A stretch of DNA of 64,000 bases from Narcine bancroftii (lineage: Eukaryota). Shown one piece after another: positions 22,539 to 36,064 of the stretch. Within the stretch, counting starts at the first letter, position 1. Each line of letters opens with the position of its first letter. The stretch covers positions 172,980,001-173,044,000 of the forward strand of contig NC_091476.1 in NCBI RefSeq assembly GCF_036971445.1. Reading direction: 5' to 3'. The position numbers and the translations under genes were made by a program. Below the pieces are notes generated by a model, which saw nothing but the letters and a program-made list of their open reading frames with translations, was not told the origin of the DNA and ran no database searches.

Positions 22539-25237
22539 TCTAGGACCATTAACTGGACCAAAACCTGAATCGATTCTCACCCCTCCCTCTAATCAAGGTT
22601 AACTGATATTAAAGAGACACCAGTCAGAGAATTGCTGGAAGATCCAAACAACTCGACTCTGCCCATCACGATATATTCTAGAAATGGGCCACTTTGAAAC
22701 TTTATACCTGGAATGTTGGATCTAATGTTCTCCAAGCTTTAATAGCACATTATATCCAGTTTTAATAAAACATTAACTCTGCATTTCCCCCCCACACATG
22801 CTGGGCATTTCCAATATTCTGTTCTACTTCATATTTCTGGAGTCAAACGTGGCTTTATTTTGAAAATATTTTTAATTGAGCTTAACAAAAAACCCTTCAC
22901 ATAAGGTAAACTAATGATCAATCAAATCATATCATATAACATTTCAATTGTAAATGAGAAGCCTAACCATAATTATGACATAAACTGATTTCATTCAGGA
23001 CATTAAATTCGATAAGTAAACAATTCCTAACTTTGAGAATTATTATCAAGTGGCTCAGTTGAGATTTCTTACTTCTTGATTTGAGGGATCAGGAAAACCG
23101 ACATGGCTCAAAATAGAAAGAGATAAAATAGTTGAGAAATTAGCAGAGGATTTTATTTATAAATGGGATTCAAAGTACTACATGCCTCATGTTGTTAAGC
23201 TTCCCCAGCACAATGCAGCGTTTCTCTTTTAAAGACATCATTTTACTAATCAGGTGCTTGAAATAATATAATGGCCTAATTTGTTTAACTTGATTTTATT
23301 CCTATTCTGTTCTGAGAGATAGATCTATTACCCTTGTAGCTGGTGAACTGTACAGAAACTCATCACTTAACCTGGCAGTATCATGAGAATTGGTATTTGG
23401 GAATCACAAATATAAACATGGACAAAATTTGAGTTTTGATTTAACGTTTGTTTGCAAAAAGAGTGGCAGAGAGGATCAATGGAGTCTCCCTTCGCCCCCC
23501 TCCCCCCATCAGTGATCTACTGGGACCATTGCCTGAAGAGGGCGCACAAAATCAGTGAACCGGTGCGGACTCGAAAGGCCAACATGGCCTGTTTCCGCTC
23601 CGTAAATGGTTATATGGTTATGGTTTAATAACTGGAGGAGGCATCTTTGCTTAACTATTTGATTATCATTTGGAACAAGATAAATAATGAAATTGGAACA
23701 AAAGGAAACACCCTTGATTCAAAATAACCTATACTTTTTACTCAAGAAAATCAATTTTTAAATATTTGGTTTCACAATGTATTAAAAATGTAGAAGATTG
23801 TTCTGAACAAGGTCAATTGATGTCATTTCAACTATTAACACATTTATTTATTTCACTTAAAATTTACACTAATTTTTGGTATAACCAGTCTGGTGTTAGT
23901 TAGACACCTTTTCTCTCAACAATAATCTTTTCTAGTCCAAAGGCACTGACAGTGAGCAGGAGGAAGTTTATGAAGTGCTGGGATCATTGATACAGATATA
24001 CTCACAGTGAAGTCTGAAAATGCAGTCTGAAAGCAAAGAGATAGTTCAAGGACAAGTGTCTTCCACCACAGAAGGAAGTTATCTGTCCTCACCTGTCAGC
24101 TTGATTACATCATCCTCATTTCTTACAGGCTCTGCAACTGATTCTCTCTCTCTCATATCTATCAATTCCTCTCCATTATTTTGCTATTGACTTGCTGGAA
24201 GAGCTAAGAAGCTAATTAACCTACTAACACAGGGGGTGTGGGAGGGAACCAGAGTACCACATGCCATGCAAAAAAGATCTCAAACATATAGGCAGAGTTT
24301 GAGGGTAGAATCAACTCCCAATGCTTGGGAATATGAGATATTTGCCATGTAAAATAATGGGGATATGATTTGAGAAGTAAGATTATAAATAAAATTGATG
24401 CCATTTTAAATAAATCAGATTATAATTATCAATGTTCTAATGTCTGCTTTCATTTTAGATTAAAGATAAAAACATTATTGTGTTTGGACAAACCTCCACC
24501 TCAAGTCTCTCATTTGTTGATTGGAGACTTAATGGGGAGGGGGTGACCTGGGATTTCCCTCTAATCACTTTAAATTAGGTAAAGGGGTTAAACCCAATGA
24601 GCCATTAATGACTACAATGTATTCTAATCTGGGACAGAATTATATCAATCAAATTGCAGATTATACTTTGCTTTGGGGACTTTGTGTATGCAAGATAAGT
24701 TGGAGAATATCATGCAAACTTAATTAAGAAGTTGTTTATAAATAGCAATATTTGTAAATGAAGGTTCTGCCTTTCCTGTTCAATTATAACTAAAACAATT
24801 AATTCACAAAGTATTTCACTGAATACAGTATAATTTAAATGTTTTGGATATAATCTCACTTAGTTGAAGGGTTGGGGGGTGAAGTGGTGGTCATTTTTTT
24901 TTCTCTGTGGAGAGTGCATCAAAATTGAGGTAATTACCCACTCTGTTGGATTTCTGGCTCCAGCTGATCTGAGTTACACAGTTCAACAGGATCTTAATCA
25001 CAGGACTCCACAGCAATAGGACCAAGTAATCCACTCAGAACTCCAAGAGGTACTGTCTCCTTCAATCTCTTTGTCTCAATTCAAAATAGCTGTGGTGGTG
25101 TTTTGCTCCTTGAGTTGCTAATGTTCAGTTCTTTGGAATTATTTCAATTACAAAAAAAAACATAATAGCACTTGACTTATCCTGCTATTCATTCTTGGGG
25201 AAATTTAGATGTGAAAGAGTAGAGAATGAGAGGACAT

Positions 25238-25591
25238 AGCCCCTTTTCCCACTAACATCCCAGTTAATTGGCTGTGCAGTGTCCCAGGATAGGAAGTTGT
25301 TTGTGCTGTTTCCACTGGGCCACCTTTAACCAGGACACTGACTGCTTTTCCACTGAATACAACTCATCCCTGGAGATTGGAGAGTCGACCTTCGAATGGA
25401 AGTTGTCCTTTTTCCACTGGTTTAAGCAGCACGCTGGCATCAGCTGACACTGGGGATACAAGTAGGGGTCGAGGCCATCAATCCCCAGCGTGACTTGATC
25501 CCAGCGTGCTGACTGTTCCTTTTCCACTGGACCCTTAACTGGTTAATTCCCCATTAATTCCTGGGACAAGGTGCGAGTGGAAAAGGGGGCT
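25238..25591. mobile_element. PIF/Harbinger-like MITE, copy B (inverted relative to A)
   Basis: AGCCCCTTTTCCCACT...AGTGGAAAAGGGGGCT; its reverse complement aligns with 17654-17975. Confidence 0.7.
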
Positions 25592-27891
25592 ATTGTTCCC
25601 TTTTACCAGTTAAGTCTTTGGAGAAACTGTCTGAACTAAGATATACACAGTATAATGAAAGGCAGGCTGTGGATGGGGTGGGTAACCGGGGGGGGGGGGG
25701 TTAAGATAATGGGATATGGACAGTTTATTCTAATTGCTGCTTGTACATATGTGGAACAGTTCATCAGAATATGTTGAACTTTTATAAATATATACTGGAT
25801 AAGAGAAAAGTTATGGATTTAATCCATTTATTGACTTTTAATGCAGTGAAATTTAAGCCACAGTGCTTTAAAGTTTAAACACAAACTTTAGATCCTAGAA
25901 TCCTAAGCAAAGACCAGCTGGAGGGACTCAGCAGGTCAGGCACCACCTATGGAGGAAGACAGCCAATGTTTTGGGTTGGAACCTAATTTGGATAAGTCCA
26001 TCAAAGGCACTGACCTCCCATCCACTGCCAACCTCCATGTGAGACACTGCCTCGAGAAGGCAGCCAACATAAAGAACCCCCATCGTACACTCTTCTGCTC
26101 ACTTGCAGAAGGTACCGAAGCCTGAAGTCCAGCAACTCTAGGTTTTAAACTGTTATTATCCAAGTTAACTGCCTCTAGAATCTCCCCATATTACTCTCAT
26201 AAACTACCCCAATGACCAACAAAAGATGTGTCACCGCAGAAATGTCACTGTTTTCCTGCACTAACTGCTGCTGTGAATATTCTATGATATTTATAATCTC
26301 TTTTTCTGTCTTGCAATTACAGCTTGACTAAGTGAACCTTGTACATCTATTTGGCTACAGCAGGTAGGAATTTTGGGCCATTTCTACGTTACACTTCGAG
26401 TGTAGGACAATCAACTCAGAGTAGTGGATCCTTTGTAGCAAACTTCACTTTTTGTGCACATTGACTCAAAGGCTATTTATAGCCTATCCCAATTGTCCTT
26501 GAGAAGGTGGTGAGCTGTTTTTGCGAATTGCTTCTTTTTTGGTGAAAACCCTATTGGGAGGATTCCGAACCAGTGGTGAAGGAATTTTGATTTCTTTTCA
26601 AGATGGAAACTTGGGGGAGAAAGCTATGTGACTTGGGCTTGAGAGCTTCAATTCGAGAAGCTGGGCAAGTCGTTGGGTCACAGTTTATAGATGGTGTGGA
26701 CTGCAGCCTTCAATGGCAGAGGAAATGGCAAACAGCTCCTTTGGCTTAAATAGCATTGCACTGGTCGTGTTTTATTGGAGTGGATCTCATCCAGGTATAG
26801 TTTCACCACATTCTTGATACCTGGGTTGTCGATGATGAATAAATCAAGATCCGAAAAATGGAAGCATTAGAAATCATCAAGGTGTGAGAAGTGCTTTCAT
26901 GATCACAAAATATGCTCGAGACAAAAGTTGAGAACAAAGAACATTTATTTATATTTACAACATTGCAAGGTTGGGTACTCTCCCCTTACCTCGGGAAAGT
27001 ACCCCGAGGGCGGGAAGCCTCTTTGTTTTTGTACAATTTTCACTTCACCTCCCTTTACATTTGTCTTACATTTGTCCTTCTTGGATTGGTTTGGCACTTT
27101 TCCCTATTCGTCTGACTCTTGACTGACTCCAACTGTCTCTTATCCTGTGCTCACACCTCCTTTCCCCATCCCCTATTAAACAAGCTTAAATTCCTCTGTT
27201 ATCTTGTTTACTTTGTTCTGCTTTTTCATGCGCCATTTTACACAAAGAACATTTTAGCTTTTTCCTTGCTTTTTTTCTTTCTATCTTCTATAACTGTTTC
27301 AGAACTCCTACCATTAAAATAATAACTGTTTCTAAACTCCTACAAAGGATCCAAGCTCTGTTCTCACTGCTTTCATCAGGAAAGAGGTCTCGGTGCCACA
27401 AGACTTGCCCCACCAGGTTCAGGAACAACTGCTACCCCTCCACCCTCAGATTCAACAACCAACTCAATCAGGGTCGCATTTAAGGACTCTTGCGCACTTT
27501 ATTTTTTAAATTCTCTCCTGTATTGCACAGTCAGTTTGTTTACATTTCATTATGGTAATTCTGCCTCACTCGCAGGAAAACAGAATCTCAGGGTTGTATG
27601 TGATGTCACGTATGTACTCTGACAATAAATTTGAATCTGATGGCATCCTTTGTTATTTACTATGTTTATCTATTCCTTGGTGTAAAGAGTTGTAACCTGT
27701 TCACTTTGTTGTTATTTCAAGTTGTATGATGGTAATTATCACCCTAGACGAATGCCTTGTAACCCAAGAGTGGATACTTGGGTCCTTTTCCATAGGTTTA
27801 TAGATGAAGATGTGCATCAGTAGTGCTTTGAAGTGAATCTACCTGTTTGGTGTCTTTCCAGCAGTTGCAGGATACTTTTTTCACATTAACA

Positions 27892-28002
27892 ATGGCTGAA
27901 GAGATGAGGGACAGCTCCTCTCATTCTTTAATGCAGACCCCTCACATCAGTGAGGAGATGAATTCTGATTCCAGCCCACATCCAACAGTTGGTACTCAAG
28001 AG
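27892..28002 (+). CDS. C1orf122: C1orf122 orthologue, first coding exon (MAEEMRDSSSH...PTVGTQE)
   Basis: ACA-ATG-G good Kozak context downstream of a ttccAG acceptor. Donor GAG|GTAAGT. Phase 0 fits the next exon. Confidence 0.72.
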
Positions 28003-28438
28003 GTAAGTGTTGGAACACTCCAGGGAAAAGTGTTTATGAAGATTACCATCTTCCTTCTATTTCTACTTGCTATAAACACAGCAAATCTGGCAAATGGAGG
28101 GGAAGGTTGCCAATTTAATTGTTCACACAAATTATTAATTAGTAGTGGTAATAGAGATGACTAAGACTTCAAAAGATGTTCTTTTTTATAAAAGGGGAGG
28201 TATAGGGTTGGAATCCAGCACTATCTGTAAGGAGATTGTACATTCTCCTCATGACTTCATGGGTTTCCTCCAGGTGCTCCAGTTTCCTCCCACTGTTCAA
28301 AATGTACGGGATTGTGGGTCAATTGGGCGGCACGTGCTTGAGAGCAAAAACGACCTGTTACTGTGCTGAATGTCCAAATTTAAAAATTGATCTCCAAACT
28401 AATTTGAACCTGGTTGGGACCAACGACAAGGGTTAGGG

Positions 28439-28692
28439 TGTGGTGAAACCACTATTGTATGTATTTGCATGCCATATGTAAATCTCTTGACCTTTCCTGG
28501 TTGACCCTGCTCTCACCAGCCAGCTCCTGACTCCTCCCCTTTTCCACATAAAGGCTGTCGTGCCACAAGCCCACCCCCAGTTCGAGTCCGGGTCAGTGTG
28601 AGCGACCAACACAGGGATGCTGTCCATCTCTTGTAAATAAAAGCCTTCAGCCTCAGCAACTTCAATCTTTGTGAAATTCATCATACATAACA
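28439..28692 (+). mobile_element. Solo LTR (Gypsy-like)
   Basis: TGTGGTG...ATAACA termini, CATAAA box and AATAAA; no internal domain. Confidence 0.6.
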
Positions 28693-29949
28693 GGGAAACC
28701 AAAATAAAATGATCCTCTGGTCTGTTTGAGTTGAGATTGCCCATGGTTGTATTCAGATTGGGATCGGGTTTTATTCACAACTAATCACAGCATTACCTCA
28801 TTATCACAAAAAAAAGTACAAAAAGACTTGCAAAGATCTTTAAACCGAGATGACACAAGTGAAAGTGAACAAACAGAAAATCTTTTCTTCAAGAGAAGAT
28901 CATTTCCACAAGACAGACGTGGGTGGACAAGATGATTCCATTTGCAGGTGATCCCAAAACTGGTTACAGCACATGTAGGAGAGTGTCCAAAATAATAACT
29001 CTGGAAAGGCTTATTTACACAGGCTGATAGAAATGAGGAATTCATTATAAATAGATGTAGTTGACAATATACATGTATTTAAGTAGGAAGGAAAATATGG
29101 TACATCTAATGGATGCAAAAAAAGTGAAGCGATTTATGTAAAGCATTAACACTGTCCATATGAATGGTCTGAATGCCCTGCTTCTGAACTGTAAAGTTCT
29201 CTATTATTCTATGTAATCACTGAACAGAGGATACACGATAAAATAAATGGGATCAGCTGGATATAAGCCATTCAGCCCTTCACATCAGGCTTTCCTCATA
29301 TGCATTAAAAATCCATTCCTCCTTTTGTCCTGTCTCTGAGCATTCCTGCCCATTGAAAACCTATTGAGTTTGACTCTAAAAATGTTTGGCAGCAGTTCAC
29401 CTGGACTAAAGGTACCAGATTCTTACCTGGCTTTATGTAAATAAATGCTTTCCTTTAACTGTAATTAAACATCCTGCCAATTAGAATACATCTTAAATTA
29501 AATGATAATTTGGTTGCAGAGTGGAAACATTGCAAGTCTTTCAGCTAATTCTTTGGGGATGCACTGCCTCTCAGTCCAGGGACATGGGTTCAATCCTGAC
29601 CTCCGGTGCAGTTTGCATGTTCTCACTGTGATTATATGGGTTTCCTCCTGGTGCTCCAACTTTTTCCCATATCCCAAGGATGTGCATGTGGGCAAATTTA
29701 ATTGGCTACTCCAAATTGGTAGAATGTGGGCAGGAAATGATGGTAATGTGAGGAGGTAAAAAAGGATTACTGTAAAATGGATGGCTGCTGTCAGCACAGC
29801 TGTGGGCTTTGTTTACTGTAACCATATAAAAAGCCATATACAGCACAGAACAGGCCAGTTTGGCCCTACTAGTCCATGCCGGAACAAATCCCCACCCTCC
29901 TAGTCCCACTGACCAGCACCTGGTCCATAACCCTCTAATCCTCTCCCCT

Positions 29950-30730
29950 CCATGTAATAATCCTCTCCCCTCCATTTTCTCCCCACCAACATCTGGATAC
30001 CTCACCTACCCTCCATCTCTTCACTGTCTTCAGATTCACCGATCTGGACCACCTCAGCTTCACAATGGATGTCCAGTCTCTTTATACCTCCATTGCCTAT
30101 ACAGAAGGTTTTAAAGCACTTTGCTTCTTTCTGGACCAGAGACCTGAACTGTTGCTCTTTGCCACTACCCTCCTCCGCCTGGCAGAACTCCTTTAACTCA
30201 TCTCACCTCCTCCAAATCAAAGGAGTAGCCATGGCTACGCCTGCCTGTTTGTGGGCTTAGTGGAGCAATCCATGCTGCAAGTCTATACAGGCAAGGCCAC
30301 TCAACTCTTCCTCGGTTATATTGATGATGACATCTGGGCTGCCTCATGTACTCGCAATGAGCTCGTTCACTTCTTTCACTGAGCTGCCAACTTCCATCCC
30401 GATCTCAAACTCACTCTCCAACAACACTATCCTCTTTCTGGATCTTTCTGTCTCCATTTCAGGAGGCAAGCTTTACGTCGACATATTTTACAAACTCACC
30501 AACTCCCACAATGATCTCAACTCACTTCCTCACACCCTGTCCCTGCAAGGATTCCATCTCCTTCTTACAATTTCTCCATCTCCACCATATATGTTCCCAA
30601 GATGAGGTCTTTCAGTCCAGGTCTTCTGAAATGTCTGCCACAAACATAGCTTCCCCTCCACCACCAGCAACAAAGCCCTCACCCACATCTCCTCCATTTC
30701 CAACTCATCTGCCCTGGCCCCCTCTGCCTG
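29950..30730 (+). mobile_element. Penelope-like reverse transcriptase fragment
   Basis: Frameshifted MDVQSLYTSI, LQIKGVAM, ACLFVG, LFLGYIDD and FLDLSVSI motifs. Confidence 0.85.
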
Positions 30731-30770
30731 TATCTTTCACAAATGGTCAGTAATTTTTTTTGTGTGGCAG

Positions 30771-30905
30771 GCTGAGGCTGCCCATCCCACTTACCAAACG
30801 TTGCTGGAGTACATTGAGGCTCGTCAGAAGGTCCTGTTGTGCAATATTGGTTGCTGCAATCGAATGCTTGAGATACTGGAACAGGAACTCTTCAGGGTGA
30901 ATGAG
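30771..30905 (+). CDS. C1orf122: C1orf122 orthologue, conserved core exon (AEAAHPTYQTLLEYIEARQKVLLCNIGCCNRMLEILEQELFRVNE)
   Basis: Aligns with recalled human C1orf122 core [26 protein letters not shown]. gcAG acceptor, GAG|GTGAG donor. Syntenic between YRDC and MTF1. Confidence 0.87.
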
Positions 30906-32143
30906 GTGAGCCACTGAGGACTGCTGAACTATTTCTGTCGCTTCCCGACCTGTTCTGTGTGATAAAGTTCGAGATGTACAGTTCATTCCCCAAGGTCTTC
31001 ACTTGTCCTCACCAGGGAAAAAGAATAAATGATTTGCATTGACATTCTATCTTTCACACCCTTGGAATTATCCAAATCTCTTTTAAGGCTGCAACGTGAG
31101 AAGATGTAACAGATTAGGAAATTAATTCAAATTGGTTCTTCATAGATTGGATTGACTTGTTAAACCTGCTTCCAGGGTGCATGACTCTTGCTCATTTTCT
31201 TAGAGAGATATGCAATATATAACAACAGTAAGAAAATACACCTTCCCTTTGAGTCGATTATGAGCAAAAGATGTTTTAAAAGTTTCATAACGGTTGTCAG
31301 ACTCCAAACATTGAACATAATTTGATTTTTCCAAACAGCTCTCCTTTCTTTGACAAGTTCCTAACGAGGAAAGACGTAGATTTCCAATATTAAGTAATGA
31401 TACCTCCAAATACGTGTGATTTGCAACCTGGTGCTTTCTGACAGCCTTCTGTAGGCTCTGGGTCAATTATTTTCAGTGTTCGATTCCTTACTTTGATTGG
31501 GAGACAAGTAAGAATTGAACACCTTGCTGGTCATTATTAAATTGAGGATTATGAAAGATTTGATATTGTTTCTAACATTTTGATAGTGTTACAATTTGTA
31601 CAATTTTTCCATTAGATGTGGGGCTATTTTTTTTCGGGGGGGGGGCAACTTGTGGTCCTAAAATGCTATCTATAAAGGGACTTCAGTTTAAGTTTATTGT
31701 CACACAGTGAGAACATGGATTTTGCAAGCGATTCAGTTATTAGTCATCCCGTACATTGTTCAGCACTGACTCCACACTGCTAAGTTATTATTACAGTAGC
31801 ACATGACATCTCTTAGAAATTCCCACTTCAAAGTGTAAGGTGTCTGAATCTGTTGTCATATTTTGTCCACTATGTTCTGTGCACGCACAAAAGCGGAGAA
31901 ACTCAGCAGGTCACGCAACGTCCATTTTGGAAGGGGCTCAGGGCTAAAAAGTTGATTGTACTTTACTTTCTATGGATGCTACGTGACCTGCTGAGTTTCT
32001 CCAGCATTTTTGTGCACTGCACTGGACCTCCACAGCTGCAGATTTTCTTGTCTACATACACTATGCTATGATTGTTTCACCTGAGTGATTTTCTTTTTAG
32101 GTTGTCAATTTCCTTGTTACACTGTGGCATTTGAATAAAGTCC

Positions 32144-32499
32144 AAGTGATTCTCAACCTTTTTCTTTCCACTCGCATCCCCTTTGAAGTAATCCCTGTGC
32201 CATTGGTGCTGGGATTAGTAAAGTGGGATGTGAGAGGGAAGGGAAGGTTGAAAATCATTGCTCTAGACCCAATTGTTATTGAAATATTTTGCTTGAGAAA
32301 AACTGTCATTGGCCCATTTCCTTTGGAGTTCTGAAACCATGCACATAAAAAGTCAATGAGGGATGATTAAAACAGTAGTTTTCAACCTTTTTCTTTCCAC
32401 CCACATTCCACCTTAAGCAATCCCTTACTAATCAGAGCCCTGATGGAATAGGGAATATTTAAACAGGTATATGTGGAAAGAAAAGTTTGAGAACCACTG
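32144..32499. mobile_element. hAT-type MITE made of two fold-back modules
   Basis: AGTGATTCTCAACC...GTTTGAGAACCACTG ends. Related copies at 39943-40205 and 58750-58864. Confidence 0.75.
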
Positions 32500-32939
32500 C
32501 TTTGAGGTTACACAAATATTGCTGGGCAGAAGGATGAGGTGATTTCACTTCCAAATGAGCATGGAACCATATTCCAAATGGGATTAATTTTATGTGCAAT
32601 TACTGCTGCTTTTTGCTAGAAAAATAACTAATCAGATTATGTTACTTTCTGTTTGAAGAGACTCGTGAAAATTAGTTTGCAGTAAGTTCTGGCCTATCTC
32701 CAGTTTCTTGGTTGGCACTAAAATATCATTTAGCTCCCTGTTGACTGAATTAACGTTGATCACAAATAATGTTGCTCTCTCTGACCTCATTTCCTCAGCT
32801 TTTGTAAATTGTTTTATGAATTGTATTCTGGATGAACACAAGTACTATACAAAACATACTCTTGCATGCGTGATATAAATGTTATCATTTGAAGCAAATA
32901 TATCAATAATATTGAATTCAACCTTTTAAATTCCTATAG

Positions 32940-33062
32940 CCATATTCCACCAAATTTGAGGAGAAACATGAAAAAGGTGATCAAGGCCAAGAGACAGAAG
33001 ATCCTGGTGAGAATTGCCAGGGTGCCTCGAATCACGACTGTGACTTGGAAAAAAACAACTGA
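32940..33062 (+). CDS. C1orf122: C1orf122 orthologue, last coding exon (PYSTKFEEKHEKGDQ...DLEKNN*)
   Basis: ttcctatAG acceptor, phase 0, open acidic frame to TGA. AATAAA at 33181-33186. Confidence 0.7.
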   Translation, partial: PYSTKFEEKHEKGDQGQETEDPGENCQGASNHDCDLEKNN

Positions 33063-34889
33063 ACCTGTTGGAATGGGAAAAGTATTATCAAATGTTATTT
33101 TTAAATGCCTTCAACTTGGTGCTCTCACAGTAAAGTTGTCGGTGAAACTTGCATTGAAATGTTAAGGTTATGAATGAACCAATAAAGTTGTTTAAATTTA
33201 ATGTTTGATTTTACTTTTTTTTTAAAAAAAATGCACTACCATTCCAATTTCTATAACACCTTGCAATAAAGTACATGGAGGTCTACATTCCACAAAGCTA
33301 TCAATACATGCCTCATCCGATCGAGAATAATAGTTAAGATTTCAGATTGATGACTGTCAGAACATTTCAAAAATTTAAACGATGCACATCCTCAATAAAT
33401 TTTCTCGGCTGTAGTTTTTTTGCAGAAGGGAGCCATCTTTTAACTATTTACTGTTGGAAATGCTGATAGAAGTTGAATCGATTTAAACGAAGTACCTTTC
33501 TATTCAGAGACAAAGCCATTTCCAGATCCTGGTATCGAATTGTTTTTCCAGACATACAGTGCAAATTCTCATTCATTTTAACTTAGTATTTCAATACAGT
33601 TAACGTGAAGAGAAAAACGTGGCAGGAATGTACGGTGTTGAGAATTTAAGGTCTTGTTTTCCTTGTATATTCCTGGTGGAAGAGGGGAATGAATATCCAG
33701 AAAAAAATTCTTCAGCAGACCCTCAGGATCTAAGAGTTCTTGAGGTGAATGATGAGGTCAATGTAGGAACCACAGATGGGACTGGAGGGGCAATGTTCGC
33801 ACAAGCCTTATGTGCATGGGCTTGAGTTTCTCAATGCTCCTCCTCAGTTTTGAACGAACTTGGTCACAAGCTCCAGTAGTCTTTGCTCGTCTCTTTTTTT
33901 CAAGTAGGTTTTGAACACACCCTGAAATCCTTTATTAAGGTACTAGTGTAACTGGTTTTTGGGCCTCTTACTGATTGGATGAGGTGGAGTTGACATCAGT
34001 TGGACTCTAGAGCAAGATTATGAAAACTTCAAATGATACAAAATTTGGTAATGCAGTAGCTAATAATGAGAATGATGAAGTAGGTGAAGTTCAATAGGAT
34101 GAAGTGGTAAGTGATACTCTTTAGAAAATGAACATGGACACGTAATTCTGAGACACTGACATTGAGGTACAGGACATCCTCTGCACATTGAAAAGGTGGT
34201 TTAAAACGTGATGTGTTCCTCGAGTTGTTAAATGGAGGAACTGGACATAAATTGTTGCTTCGGCCTCAGGTGCAATATTAATGGTCTGAGCCCCGCACTT
34301 CAGAGGTGACAAAGGTTACGTCAAAGGTGGAGGGTTGATGTTACAAAGCATAATGGACTTGTATTTGAAACTGTGGCTGGAAAAATTAAAACTTCTGTAA
34401 TATATTGTCCACATCCCAAAGATAACAATAATCCAAGTGTAATAATTTTTTCACATCAGTGTATCATTAATTCTGAAAAGATGACAAAACATGACTTGTT
34501 ACTGAAAAGTTGGCAGTACTCACCACTAAGGGTGGGATGATTCAAGCTTTGGGTGCTGTCTGCTCACGGTCCTTTTACCTAAACACAAACATGTTTTTTT
34601 TTATGAACTTGGCACATCTGAATAATTTTATTAGAGTATATCATAATAAATCAATCTTGAGCAATTTTCCAGCAGTTCTTCTAATACATTCTTAATTTTT
34701 ATCAAATATTTTTGATTTGCTACCTTTAAAAATAAAGCGTAAAATATAAGTTATAAAGATCCAAGTGCCCAGCTTTATTTCTAGCTTAATGTTGCTTTTA
34801 GTAAGTCATTGAAATAACTTGTACTGTTTTAATGCTATCTCCCTTTTTGTGAACTCATGCAAGCTTGATATTTGTAATTCAAGTTTTGA

Positions 34890-36064
34890 GGTGATACATC
34901 GACTAGTAATCAATGCCCACTTCCCATTTCCGTGAAGAAAGTCACTCACCTGTGAAGGTCGGACTACAAGATGGCAAGAGGCCATCTCAGTCACCAACAT
35001 CCCTGCAGAGACAGTTGCCCAGGCTTTCGTTGACTGTTGGGTTCTGGCCTTTGATGACCCAGACATGATTGCAATGGACCGTGGAAAGCAGTTTGAGTCA
35101 GTACTCTTCTGGGCTCTCACTGACCTTTTGGGCTCCAACTGGATTCAGGGGAAGGGTTACCATCCACCAACAAATGGCCTCATCGAACGTATCCATTGTC
35201 AGCTATAAACAGTACTGGCAGTGATGCATCCGGTGGAGTGTGGGCCTGCTTGGCATTTGTACAGTGATAAAAGCAGACCTAGGCAGCAGAAATGGTCTAT
35301 GGCATCACTCTGACAGCACAGGAAATTTGTCGAACCTGCTCCTACTACTAGACCACTTGATCCTGCCAATTATGCCGATCAACTACAGCAATCCATGCAG
35401 TTACTTAGGCCGATGCCAAAGCAGCAAGCAGCTACCATACATGCCAGCCAACTTACTAGGCTGCACGTCTTGGTTCGATATGATGCTGTTAGCTGTCCGC
35501 TACAGCAAGCATATGATGGCCCTTCCCTTGTCATCCAATGCCAGCCCAAAAGTTTATAGATCCATTGGGACAGAAAGACAGACACTGTACGTCGACTGGT
35601 TAAAGCCAACATCGAGAACCATCCGCAAAACAATGAAGGCGCAACAACCCAGCCCATCCTATCAACCACCATCCATGCTTCAGTACCAGATGAGATCCAG
35701 CTGGACAATCAACCTGCCAGACTGTTATGTGATGGGACAGATCCACACTCACCACCTCGCATGACTTGGAAGCAGATGGGGGAGGGGGTTGTTGCGGCCA
35801 CCCACACAGGCATGTTTTGCAAAGACTGGTCGGTGCTGTTGACTCACCACAGAGGAGATGTTCAACAGCCCAAAAGCACCAGTGTGGGCTAACGAGGTGA
35901 AAGCTAGGACAGCAGCACAGACACGTACGGGAAGCAGTGGCACATGGCGGGTTTAGAGTGGGGAGTGAGGTTTTAATGAAGACGTATGAAATAAAGAAAA
36001 CACAACATGCCTTGCTAAGCTCAATAGTGCTTTATTGATGTGGTGAGATTTAGAAAACCCTACA
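34890..36064 (+). mobile_element. Gypsy integrase remnant, PPT and 3' LTR (~35790-36064)
   Basis: Degenerate TRWQEA..., DRGKQFES, YHPPTNGLIERIH and VDWLKP motifs. G-rich PPT followed by TGTT...TACA. Confidence 0.75.
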
